Shown: piece after piece, positions 51,701 to 64,000 of the stretch
Layout: each line of letters begins with the position of its first letter
Position numbering within the stretch: position 1 is the first letter of the stretch
Assembly (NCBI GenBank): GCA_051362555.1
Contig: JBPQGU010000016.1
Location: 5,022,001 to 5,086,000 of the forward strand
Direction of reading: 5' to 3'
Length of the DNA stretch: 64,000 nucleotides
Source: Lingula anatina
Taxonomy: Eukaryota > Animalia > Brachiopoda
The notes under the pieces: generated by a model
The model's input: the letters and a program-made list of their open reading frames with translations, nothing else
Told to the model about the DNA's origin: nothing
Databases searched by the model: none
Position numbers and translations under genes: made by a program

Positions 51701-54700
51701 TGGAAGAGTGGTGGTGTCATCATTAAGGAAGAAATAGAGCAAAAACTGTGTCTCCCCCCCCCCCCTCTCAGATTCTGTTCTCAGAGCTCATTTTTGGATC
51801 ATCTTTAAAGCTAGAATTGGGGGCCTTGATGAAGTGACCCGGGCGCGTTTCCACATTTTTTATGAATGACAGGTGTGGTAGATTGATTTTCGTCACTTTT
51901 TGGAAAAATCTGAGACGGGTCGATTTTTGGTGATTTTGAGTGATTTTGATCAGTGCCGGCACTGTGAGATTTCTTCAATTTTGGCCAGGTAGGGATGAAA
52001 AATTTTTTTCTTCGTTATAGTGTCAGGTAGGTGTGTTCGGTCATTTGTAGTAAGAATAAAGTGCTGGAAGAGTGGTGGTGTCATCATTAAGGAAGAAATA
52101 GAGCAAAAACTGTGTCTCCCCCCCCCCCTCTCAGATTTTGTTCTCAGAGCTCATTTTTGGATCATCTTTAAAGCTAGAATTGGGGGCCTTGATGAAGTGA
52201 CCCGGGCGCGTATCCACATTTTTTATGAATGACAGGTGTGGTAGATTGATTTTCGTCACTTTTTGGAAAAATCTGAGACGGGTCGATTTTTGGTGATTTT
52301 GAGTGATTTTGATCAGTGCCGGCACTGTGAGATTTCTTCAATTTTGGCCAGGTAGGGATGAAAAATTTTTTTCTTCGTTATAGTGTCAGGTAGGTGTGTT
52401 CGGTCATTTGTAGTAAGAATAAAGTGCTGGAAGAGTGGTGGTGTCATCATTAAGGAAGAAATAGAGCAAAAACTGTGTCTCCCCCCCCCCCTCTCAGATT
52501 CTGTTCTCAGAGCTTATTTTTGGATCATCTTTAAAGCTAGAATTGGGGGCCTTGATGAAGTGACCCGGGCGCGTTTCCACATTTTTTATGAATGACAGGT
52601 GTGGGAGATTGATTTTCGTCACTTTTTGGAAAAATCGGAGACGGGTCGATTTTTGGTGATTTTGAGTGATTTTGAACAGTGCCGGCACTGTGAGATTTCT
52701 TCAATTTTGGCCAGGTAGGGATGAAAATTTTTTTTCTTCATTATAGTGTCAGGTAGGTGTGTTCGGTCATTTGTAGTAAGAATAAAGTGCTGGAAGAGTA
52801 GTGGTGTTAACATTAAGGAAGAAATAGAGCAAAAACTCTGTCTCCCCCCCTCTCAGATTCTGTTCTCAGAGCTTATTTTTGGATCATCTTTAAAGCTAGA
52901 ATTGGGGGCCTTGATGAAGTGACCCGGGCGCGTTTTCACATTTTTTATGAATGACAGGTGTGGTAGATTGATTTTCGTCACTTTTTGGAAAAATCGGAGA
53001 TGGGTCGATTTTTGGTGATTTTGAGTGATTTTGATCAGTGCCGGCACTGTGAGATTTCTTCAATTTTGGCCAGGTAGGGATGAAATTTTTTTTTTTTCAT
53101 TATAGTGTCAGGTAGGTGTGTTCAGTCATTTGTAGTAAGAATAAAGTGCTGGAAGAGTGGTGGTGTCAACATTAAGGAAGAAATAGAGCAAAAACTCTCT
53201 CTCCCCCCCTCTCAGATTTTGTTCTCAGAGCTTATTTTTGGATCATCTTTAAAGCTAGAATTGGGGGCCTTGATGAAGTGACCCGGGTGCGTTTCCACAT
53301 TTTTTATGAATGACAGGTGTGGTAGATTGATTTTCATCACTTTTTGGAAAAATCGGAGACGGGTCGATTTTTGGTGATTTTGAGTGATTTTGAAAAGTGC
53401 CGTTACTGTGAGATTTCTTCAATTTTGGCCAGGTAGGGATGAAAATTTTTTTTCTTCATTATAGTGTCAGGTAGGTGTGTTCGGTCATTTGTAGTAAGAA
53501 TAAAGTGCTGGAAGAGTGGTGGTGTCAACATTAAGGAAGAAATAGAGCAAAAACTCTGTCTCCCCCCACCCCCCTCTCAGATTCTGTTCTCAGAGCTTAT
53601 TTTTGGATCATCTTTAAAGCTAGAATTGGGGGCCTTGATGAAGTGACCCGGGCGCGTTTCCACATTTTTTATGAATGACAGGTGTGGTAGATTGATTTTC
53701 GTCACTTTTTGGAAAAATCGGAGACGGGTCGATTTTTGGTGATTTTGAGTGATTTTGAACAGTGAGATTTCTTCAATTTTGGCCAGGTAGGGATGGAATT
53801 TTTTTTTCTTCATTATAGTGTCAGGTAGGTGTGTTCGGTCATTTGTAGTAAGAATAAAGTGCTGGAAGAGTGGTGGTGTCAACATTAAGGAAGAATTAGA
53901 GCAAAAACTCTGTCTCCCCCCACCCCCCTCTCAGATTCTGTTCTCAGAGCTTATTTTTGGATCATCTTTAAAGCTAGAATTGGGGGCCTTGATGAAGTGA
54001 CCCGGGCGCGTTTCCACATTTTTTATGAATGACAGGTGTTTGAGATTGATTTTCGTCACTTTTTGGAAAAATCGAAGACGGGTCGATTTTTGGTGATTTT
54101 GAGTGATTTTGAACAGTGCCGGCACTGTGAGATTTCTTCAATTTTGGCCAGGTATGGATGAAAATTTTTTTTTCATTATAGTGTCAGGTAGGTGTGTTCA
54201 GTCATTTGTAGTAAGAATAAAGTGCTGGAAGAGTGGTGGTGTCATCATTAAGGAAGAAATAGAGCAAAAACTGTGTCTCCCCCCCCCCCCCTCTCAGATT
54301 CTGTTCTCAGAGCTCATTTTTTGGATCATCTTTAAAGCTAGAATTGGGGGCCTTGATGAAGTGACCCGGGCGCGTTTCCACATTTTTTATGAATGACAGG
54401 TGTGGTAGATTGATTTTCGTCACTTTTTGGAAAAATCTGAGACGGGTCGATTTTTGGTGATTTTGAGTGATTTTGATCAGTGCCGGCACTGTGAGTGAGA
54501 TTTCTTCAATTTTGGCCAGGTAGGGATGAAAAATTTTTTTCTTCGTTATAGTGTCAGGTAGGTGTGTTCGGTCATTTGTAGTAAGAATAAAGTGCTGGAA
54601 GAGTGGTGGTGTCATCATTAGGAAGAAATAGAGCAAAAACTGTGTCTCCCCCCCCCCTCTCAGATTCTGTTCTCAGAGCTCATTTTTGGATCATCTTTAA

Positions 54701-57700
54701 AGCTAGAATTGGGGGCCTTGATGAAGTGACCCGGGCGCGTTTCCACATTTTTTATGAATGACAGGTGTGGTAGATTGATTTTCATCACTTTTTGGAAAAA
54801 TCTGAGACGGGTCGATTTTTGGTGATTTTGAGTGATTTTGATCAGTGCACTGTGAGATTTCTTCAATTTTGGCCAGGTAGGGATGAAAAATTTTTTTCTT
54901 CATTATAGTGTCAGGTAGGTGTGTTCGGTCATTTGTAGTAAGAATAAAGTGCTGGAAGAGTGGTGGTGTCATCATTAAGGAAGAAATAGAGCAAAAACTG
55001 TGTCTCCCCCCCCCCCTCTCAGATTCTGTTCTCAGAGCTCATTTTTGGATCATCTTTAAAGCTAGAATTGGGGTCCTTGATGAAGTGACCCGGGCGCGTT
55101 TCCACATTTTTTATGAATGACAGGTGTGGTAGATTGATTTTCGTCACTTTTTGGAAAAATCTGAGACGGGTCGATTTTTGGTGATTTTGAGTGATTTTGA
55201 TCAGTGCATGCACTGTGAGATTTCTTCAATTTTGGCCAGGTAGGGATGAAAAATTTTTTTCTTCGTTATAGTGTCAGGTAGGTGTGTTCGGTCATTTGTA
55301 GTAAGAATAAAGTGCTGGAAGAGTGGTGGTGTCATCATTAAGGAAGAAATAGAGCAAAAACTGTGTCTCCACCCCCCCCCCCTCTCAGATTCTGTTCTCA
55401 GAGCTCATTTTTGGATCATCTTTAAAGCTAGAATTGGGGGCCTTGATGAAGTGACCCGGGCGCGTTTCCACATTTTTTATGAATGACAGGTGTGGTAGAT
55501 TGATTTTCGTCACTTTTTGGAAAAATCTGAGACGGGTCGATTTTTGGTGATTTTGAGTGATTTTGATCAGTGCCGGCACTGTGAGATTTCTTCAATTTTG
55601 GCCAGGTAGGGATGAAAAATTTTTTTCTTCGTTATAGTGTCAGGTAGGTGTGTTCGGTCATTTGTAGTAAGAATAAAGTGCTGGAAGAGTGGTGGTGTTA
55701 TCATTAAGGAAGAAATAGAGCAAAAACTGTGTCTCCCCCCCCCCCCCCTCTCAGATTCTGTTCTCAGAGCTCATTTTTGGATCATCTTTAAAGCTAGAAT
55801 TGGGGACCTTGATGAAGTGACCCGGGCGCGTTTCCACATTTTTTATGAATGACAGGTGTGGTAGATTGATTTTCGTCACTTTTTGGAAAAATCTGAGACG
55901 GGTCGATTTTTGGTGATTTTGAGTGATTTTGATCAGTGCTGGCACTGTGAGATTTCTTCAATTTTGGCCAGGTAGGGATGAAAAATTTTTTTCTTCGTTA
56001 TAGTGTCAGGTAGGTGTGTTCGGTCATTTGTAGTAAGAATAAAGTGCTGGAAGAGTGGTGGTGTCATCATTAAGGAAGAAATAGAGCAAAAACTGTGTCT
56101 CCCCCCCCCCCTCAGATTCTGTTCTCAGAGCTCATTTTTGGATCATCTTTAAAGCTAGAATTGGGGGCCTTGATGAAGTGACCCGGGTGCGTTTCCACAT
56201 TTTTTATGAATGACAGGTGTGGTAGATTGATTTTCGTCACTTTTTGGAAAAATCTGAGACGGGTCGATTTTTGGTGATTTTGAGTGATTTTGATCAGTGC
56301 CGGCACTGTGAGATTTCTTCAATTTTGGCCAGGTAGGGATGAAAAATTTTTTTCTTCGTTATAGTGTCAGGTAGGTGTGTTCGGTCATTTGTAGTAAGAA
56401 TAAAGTGCTGGAAGAGTGGTGGTGTCATCATTAATGAAGAAATAGAGCAAAAACTGTGTCTCCCCCCCCCCTCTCAGATTCTGTTCTCAGAGCTCATTTT
56501 TGGATCATCTTTAAAGCTAGAATTGGGGGCCTTGATGAAGTGACCCGGGCGCGTTTCCACATTTTTTATGAATGACAGGTGTGGTAGATTGATTTTCGTC
56601 ACTTTTTGGAAAAATCTGAGACGGGTCGATTTTTGGTGATTTTGAGTGATTTTGATCAGTGCCGGCACTGTGAGATTTCTTCAATTTTGGCCAGGTAGGG
56701 ATGAAAAATTTTTTTCTTCGTTATAGTGTCAGGTAGGTGTGTTTGGTCATTTGTAGTAAGAATAAAGTGCTGGAAGAGTGGTGGTGTCATCATTAAGGAA
56801 GAAATAGAGCAAAAACTGTGTCTCCCCCCCCCTCTCAGATTCTGTTCTCAGAGCTCATTTTTGGATCATCTTTAAAGCTAGAATTGGGGGCCTTGATGAA
56901 GTGACCCGGGCGCGTTTCCACATTTTTTATGAATGACAGGTGTGGTAGATTGATTTTCATCACTTTTTGGAAAAATCTGAGACGGGTCGATTTTTGGTGA
57001 TTTTGAGTGATTTTGATCAGTGCACTGTGAGATTTCTTCAATTTTGGCCAGGTAGGGATGAAAAATTTTTTTCTTCATTATAGTGTCAGGTAGGTGTGTT
57101 CGGTCATTTGTAGTAAGAATACAGTGCTGGAAGAGTGGTGGTGTCATCATTAAGGAAGAAATAGAGCAAAAACTGTCTCCCCCCCACCTCTGATTTTCTG
57201 TTCTCAGAGCTCATTTTTGGATCATCTTTAAAGCTAGAATTGGGGGCCTTGATGAAGTGACCCGGGCGCGTTTCCACATTTTTTATGAATGACAGGTGTG
57301 GTAGATTGATTTTCGTCACTTTTTGGAAAAATCTGAGACGGGTCGATTTTTGGTGATTTTGAGTGATTTTGATCAGTGCCGGCACTGTGAGATTTCTTCA
57401 ATTTTGGCCAGGTAGGGATGAAAAATTTTTTTCTTCGTTATAGTGTCAGGTAGGTGTGTTCGGTCATTTGTAGTAAGAATAAAGTGCTGGAAGAGTGGTG
57501 GTGTCATCATTAAGGAAGAAATAGAGCAAAAACTGTGTCTCCCCCCCCCCCTCTCAGATTCTGTTCTCAGAGCTCATTTTTGGATCATCTTTAAAGCTAG
57601 AATTGGGGGCCTTGATGAAGTGACCCGGGCGCGTTTCCACATTTTTTATGAATGACAGGTGTGGTAGATTGATTTTCGTCACTTTTTGGAAAAATCTGAG

Positions 57701-60700
57701 ACGGGTCGATTTTTGGTGATTTTGAGTGATTTTGATCAGTGCCGGCACTGTGAGATTTCTTCAATTTTGGCCAGGTAGGGATGAAAAATTTTTTTCTTCG
57801 TTATAGTGTCAGGTAGGTGTGTTCGGTCATTTGTAGTAAGAATAAAGTGCTGGAAGAGTGGTGGTGTCATCATTAAGGAAGAAATAGAGCAAAAACTGTG
57901 TCTCCCCCCCCCCTCTCAGATTCTGTTCTCAGAGCTCATTTTTGGATCATCTTTAAAGCTAGAATTGGGGGCCTTGATGAAGTGACCCGGGCGCGTTTCC
58001 ACATTTTTTATGAATGACAGGTGTGGTAGATTGATTTTCGTCACTTTTTGGAAAAATCTGAGACGGGTCGATTTTTGGTGATTTTGAGTGATTTTGATCA
58101 GTGCCGGCACTGTGAGATTTCTTCAATTTTGGCCAGGTAGGGATGAAAAATTTTTTTCTTCGTTATAGTGTCAGGTAGGTGTGTTCGGTCATTTGTAGTA
58201 AGAATAAAGTGCTGGAAGAGTGGTGGTGTCATCATTAAGGAAGAAATAGAGCAAAAACTGTGTCTCCACCCCCCCTCTCAGATTCTGTTCTCAGAGCTCA
58301 TTTTTGGATCATCTTTAAAGCTAGAATTGGGGGCCTTGATGAAGTGACCCGGGCGCGTTTCCACATTTTTTATGAATGACAGGTGTGGTAGATTGATTTT
58401 CATCACTTTTTGGAAAAATCTGAGACGGGTCGATTTTTGGTGATTTTGAGTGATTTTGATCAGTGCACTGTGAGATTTCTTCAATTTTGGCCAGGTAGGG
58501 ATGAAAAATTTTTTTCTTCATTATAGTGTCAGGTAGGTGTGTTCGGTCATTTGTAGTAAGAATACAGTGCTGGAAGAGTGGTGGTGTCATCATTAAGGAA
58601 GAAATAGAGCAAAAACTGTCTCCCCCCCCCTCTCAGATTCTGTTCTCAGAGCTCATTTTTGGATCATCTTTAAAGCTAGAATTGGGGGCCTTGATGAAGT
58701 GACCCGGGCGCGTTTCCACATTTTTTATGAATGACAGGTGTGGTAGATTGATTTTCGTCACTTTTTGGAAAAATCTGAGACGGGTCGATTTTTGGTGATT
58801 TTGAGTGATTTTGATCAGTGCCGGCACTGTGAGATTTCTTCAATTTTGGCCAGGTAGGGATGAAAAATTTTTTTCTTCGTTATAGTGTCAGGTAGGTGTG
58901 TTCGGTCATTTGTAGTAAGAATAAAGTGCTGGAAGAGTGGTGGTGTCATCATTAAGGAAGAAATAGAGCAAAAACTGTGTCTCCCCCCCCCCTCTCAGAT
59001 TCTGTTCTCAGAGCTCATTTTTGGATCATCTTTAAAGCTAGAATTGGGGGCCTTGATGAAGTGACCCGGGCGCGTTTCCACATTTTTTATGAATGACAGG
59101 TGTGGTAGATTGATTTTCGTCACTTTTTGGAAAAATCTGAGACGGGTCGATTTTTGGTGATTTTGAGTGATTTTGATCAGTGCCGGCACTGTGAGATTTC
59201 TTCAATTTTGGCCAGGTAGGGATGAAAAATTTTTTTCTTCGTTATAGTGTCAGGTAGGTGTGTTCGGTCATTTGTAGTAAGAATAAAGTGCTGGAAGAGT
59301 GGTGGTGTCATCATTAAGGAAGAAATAGAGCAAAAACTGTGTCTCCCCCCCCCCTCTCAGATTCTGTTCTCAGAGCTCATTTTTGGATCATCTTTAAAGC
59401 TAGAATTGGGGGCCTTGATGAAGTGACCCGGGCGCGTTTCCACATTTTTTATGAATGACAGGTGTGGTAGATTGATTTTCGTCACTTTTTGGAAAAATCT
59501 GAGACGGGTCGATTTTTGGTGATTTTGAGTGATTTTGATCAGTGCCGGCACTGTGAGATTTCTTCAATTTTGGCCAGGTAGGGATGAAAAATTTTTTTCT
59601 TCGTTATAGTGTCAGGTAGGTGTGTTCGGTCATTTGTAGTAAGAATAAAGTGCTGGAAGAGTGGTGGTGTCATCATTAAGGAAGAAATAGAGCAAAAACT
59701 GTGTCTCCACCCCCCCTCTCAGATTCTGTTCTCAGAGCTCATTTTTGGATCATCTTTAAAGCTAGAATTGGGGGCCTTGATGAAGTGACCCGGGCGCGTT
59801 TCCACATTTTTTATGAATGACAGGTGTGGTAGATTGATTTTCGTCACTTTTTGGAAAAATCTGAGACGGGTCGATTTTTGGTGATTTTGAGTGATTTTGA
59901 TCAGTGCCGGCACTGTGAGATTTCTTCAATTTTGGCCAGGTAGGGATGAAAATTTTTTTTCTTCGTTATAGTGTCAGGTAGGTGTGTTCGGTCATTTGTA
60001 GTAAGAATAAAGTGCTGGAAGAGTGGTGGTGTCATCATTAAGGAAGAAATAGAGCAAAAACTGTGTCTCCCCCCCCCCTCTCAGATTCTGTTATCAAAGC
60101 TCATTTTTGGATCATCTTTAAAGCTAGAATTGGGGGCCTTGATGAAGTGACCCGGGCGCGTTTCCACATTTTTTATGAATGACAGGTGTGGTAGATTGAT
60201 TTTCGTCACTTTTTTGAAAAATCTAAGATGGGTCAATTTTTGGTGATTTTGAGTGATTTTGATCAGTGCCGGCACTGTGAGATTTCTTCAATTTTGGCCA
60301 GGTAGGGATGAAAAATTTTTTTCTTCGTTATAGTGTCAGGTAGGTGTGTTCGGTCATTTGTAGTAAGAATAAAGTGCTGGAAGAGTGGTGGTGTCATCAT
60401 TAAGGAAGAAATAGAGCAAAAACTGTGTCTCCCCCCCCCCTCTCAGATTCTGTTCTCAGAGCTCATTTTTGGAGCATCTTTAAAGCTAGAATTGGGGGCC
60501 TTGATGAAGTGACCCGGGTGCGTTTCCACATTTTTTATGAATGACAGGTGTGGTAGATTGATTTTCGTCACTTTTTGGAAAAATCTGAGACGGGTCGATT
60601 TTTGGTGATTTTGAGTGATTTTGATCAGTGCCGCACTGTGAGATTTCTTCAATTTTGGCCAGGTAGGGATGAAAAATTTTTTTCTTCGTTATAGTGTCAG

Positions 60701-63700
60701 GTAGGTGTGTTCGGTCATTTGTAGTAAGAATAAAGTGCTGGAAGAGTGGTGGTGTCATCATTAAGGAAGAAATAGAGCAAAAACTGTGTCTCCCCCCCCC
60801 TCTCAGATTCTGTTCTCAGAGCTCATTTTTGGATCATCTTTAAAGCTAGAATTGGGGGCCTTGATGAAGTGACCCGGGCGCGTTTCCACATTTTTTATGA
60901 ATGACAGGTATGGTAGATTGATTTTCGTCACTTTTTGGAAAAATCTGAGACGGGTCGATTTTTGGTGATTTTGAGTGATTTTGATCAGTGCCGGCACTGT
61001 AAGATTTCTTCAATTTTGGCCAGGTAGGGATGAAAAATTTTTTTCTTCGTTATAGTGTCAGGTAGGTGTGTTCGGTCATTTGTAGTAAGAATAAAGTGCT
61101 GGAAGAGTGGTGGTGTCATCATTAAGGAAGAAATAGAGCAAAAACTGTGTCTCCCCCCCCCCCCCTCTCAGATTCTGTTCTCAGAGCTCATTTTTGGATC
61201 ATCTTTAAAGCTAGAATTGGGGGCCTAGATGAAGTGACCCGGGCGCGTTTCCACATTTTTTATGAATGAAAGGTGTGGTAGATTGATTTTCGTCACTTTT
61301 TGGAAAAATCTGAAACGGGTCGATTTTTGGTGATTTTGAGTGATTTTGATCAGTGCCGGCACTGTGAGATTTCTTCAATTTTGGCCAGGTAGGGATGAAA
61401 AATTTTTTTTCTTAGTTATAGTGTCAGGTAGGTGTGTTCGGTCATTTGTAGTAAGAATAAAGTGCTGGAAGAGTGGTGGTGTCATCATACAGGAAGAAAT
61501 AGAGCAAAAACTGTGTCTCCCCCCCCCCCCTCTCAGATTCTGTTCTCAGAGCTCATTTTTGGATCATCTTTAAAGCTAGAATTGGGGGCCTTGATGAAGT
61601 GACCCGGGCGCGTTTCCACATTTTTTATGAATGACAGGTGTGGTAGATTGATTTTCGTCACTTTTTGGAAAAATCTGAGACGGGTTGATTTTTGGTGATT
61701 TTGAGTGATTTTGATCAGTGCCGGCACTGTGAGATTTCTTCAATTTTGGCCAGGTAGGGATGAAAAATTTTTTTCTTCGTTATAGTGTCAGGTAGGTGTG
61801 TTCGGTCATTTGTAGTAAGAATAAAGTGCTGGAAGAGTGGTGGTGTCATCATTAAGGAAGAAATAGAGCAAAAACTGTGTCTCCCCCCCCCCCCCCCTCT
61901 CAGATTCTGTTCTCAGAGCTCATTTTTGGATCATCTTTAAAGCTAGAATTGGGCCTTGATGAAGTGACCCGGGCGCGTTTCCACATTTTTTATGAATGAC
62001 AGGTGTGGTAGATTGATTTTCGTCACTTTTTGGAAAAATCTGAGACGGGTCGATTTTTGGTGATTTTGAGTGATTTTGATCAGTGCCGGCACTGTGAGAT
62101 TTCTTCAATTTTGGCCAGGTAGGGATGAAAAATTTTTTTCTTCGTTATAGTGTCAGGTAGGTGTGTTCGGTCATTTGTAGTAAGAATAAAGTGCTGGAAG
62201 AGTGGTGGTGTCATCATTAAGGAAGAAATAGAGCAAAAACTGTGTCTCCCCCCCCCCCCTCTCAGATTCTGTTCTCAGAGCTCATTTTTGGATCATCTTT
62301 AAAGCTAGAATTGGGGGCCTTGATGAAGTGACCCGGGCGCGTTTCCACATTTTTTATGAATGACAGGTGTGGTAGATTGATTTTCGTCACTTTTTGGAAA
62401 AATCTGAGACGGGTCGATTTTTGGTGATTTTGAGTGATTTTGATCAGTGCCGGCACTGTGAGATTTCTTCAATTTTGGCCAGGTAGGGATGAAAAATTTT
62501 TTTCTTCGTTATAGTGTCAGGTAGGTGTGTTCGGTCATTTGTAGTAAGAATAAAGTGCTGGAAGAGTGGTGGTGTCATCATTAAGGAAGAAATAGAGCAA
62601 AAACTGTGACTCCCCCCCCCCCCTCTCAGATTCTGTTCTCAGAGCTCATTTTTGGATCATCTTTAAAGCTAGAATTGGGGGCCTTGATGAAGTGACCCGG
62701 GCGCGTTTCCACATTTTTTATGAATGACAGGTGTGGTAGATTGATTTTCGTGACTTTTTGGAAAATTCTGAGACGGGTCGATTTTTGGTGATTTTGAGTG
62801 ATTTTGATCAGTGCCGGCACTGTGAGATTTCTTCAATTTTGGCCAGGTAGGGATGAAAAATTTTTTTCTTCGTTATAGTGTCAGGTAGGTGTGTTCGGTC
62901 ATTTGTAGTAAGAATAAAGTGCTGGAAGAGTGGTGGTGTCATCATTAAGGAAGAAATAGAGCAAAAACTGTGTCTCCCCCCCCCCCCTCTCAGATTCTGT
63001 TCTCAGAGCTCATTTTTGGATCATCTTTAAAGCTAGAATTGGGGTCCTTGATGAAGTGACCCGGGCGCGTTTCCACATTTTTTATGAATGACAGGTGTGG
63101 TAGATTGATTTTCGTCACTTTTTGGAAAAATCTGAGACGGGTCGATTTTTGGTGATTTTGAGTGATTTTGATCAGTGCCGGCACTGTGAGATTTCTTCAA
63201 TTTTGGCCAGGTAGGGATGAAAAATTTTTTTCTTCGTTATAGTGTCAGGTAGGTGTGTTCGGTCATTTGTAGTAAGAATAAAGTGCTGGAAGAGTGGTGG
63301 TGTCATCATTAAGGAAGAAATAGAGCAAAAACTGTGTCTCCCCCCCCTCTCAGATTCTGTTCTCAGAGCTCATTTTTGGATCATCTTTAAAGCTAGAATT
63401 GGGGGCCTTGATGAAGTGACCCGGGCGCGTTTCCACATTTTTTATGAATGACAGGTGTGGTAGATTGATTTTCGTCACTTTTTGGAAAAATCTGAGACGG
63501 GTCGATTTTTGGTGATTTTGAGTGATTTTGATCAGTGCCGGCACTGTGAGATTTCTTCAATTTTGGCCAGGTAGGGATGAAAAATTTTTTTCTTCGTTAT
63601 AGTGTCAGGTAGGTGTGTTCGGTCATTTGTAGTAAGAATAAAGTGCTGGAAGAGTGGTGGTGTCATCATTAAGGAAGAAATAGAGCAAAAACTGTGTCTC

Positions 63701-64000
63701 CCCCCCCCCTCTCAGATTCTGTTCTCAGAGCTCATTTTTGGATCATCTTTAAAGCTAGAATTGGGGGCCTTGATGAAGTGACCCGGGCGCGTTTCCACAT
63801 TTTTTATGAATGACAGGTATGTTAGATTGATTTTCGTCACTTTTTGGAAAAATCTGAGACGGGTCGATTTTTGGTGATTTTGAGTGATTTTGATCAGTGC
63901 CGGCACTGTAAGATTTCTTCAATTTTGGCCAGGTAGGGATGAAAAATTTTTTTCTTCGTTATAGTGTCAGGTAGGTGTGTTCGGTCATTTGTAGTAAGAA

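Larger units (their letters stand above)
13858..64000 (-). repeat. Satellite DNA array B, same family in inverted orientation, ~134 monomers, interrupted once at 23558-24939 (open at window end)
   Basis: Reverse complement of the array A unit, starting at TTGGCCAGGTAGGG 13858. Equivalent positions recur every ~360-372 bp (e.g. 58633, 58995, 59357, 59719, 60081 are exact 362 bp steps). Confidence 0.99.

Noticed and set aside
115-63906. Hundreds of 60-140 aa ORFs (MPALFKITQ..., MLTPPLFQ..., MSGRCVRS...)
   Set aside because: They are translations of the satellite in overlapping frames on both strands, freely broken by indels and stops, with no domain similarity.
13858-64000. CRISPR-like or other repeat-spacer array
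   Set aside because: There are no unique spacers; entire ~364 bp units are near-identical. The context is eukaryotic (spliceosomal introns, THAP, LINE).

Overview
Eukaryotic (probably marine invertebrate; inference only) heterochromatin-like window. About 87% is one tandem satellite with a ~362-372 bp monomer that contains a variable poly-G/C tract, a 14-16 bp perfect palindrome and phased A-tracts. The satellite forms two oppositely oriented arrays: 1-7199 (~20 monomers) and 13858-64000 (~134 monomers, inverted). A 6.66 kb island of decayed transposon fragments separates them. It holds a DIRS/Ngaro-type tyrosine-recombinase retrotransposon remnant (RT, RNase H, YR), intron-containing Kolobok transposase exons, a CR1/L2-type LINE 3' end, a (TA)n tract and probable MITE ends. 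A clean 1382 bp non-autonomous Kolobok-type element (TTAA duplication, 12 bp imperfect TIRs, THAP-domain exon with one in-frame stop) is inserted into a satellite monomer at 23558-24939. The satellite resolves into three sequence subfamilies, with local higher-order repeats and a divergence gradient. No intact host gene, RNA gene or CRISPR array is supported, and nearly all ORFs in the track are spurious translations of the satellite. I did not find convincing evidence for a wholly new biological system; the most interesting signals concern satellite-transposon interplay and satellite evolution.
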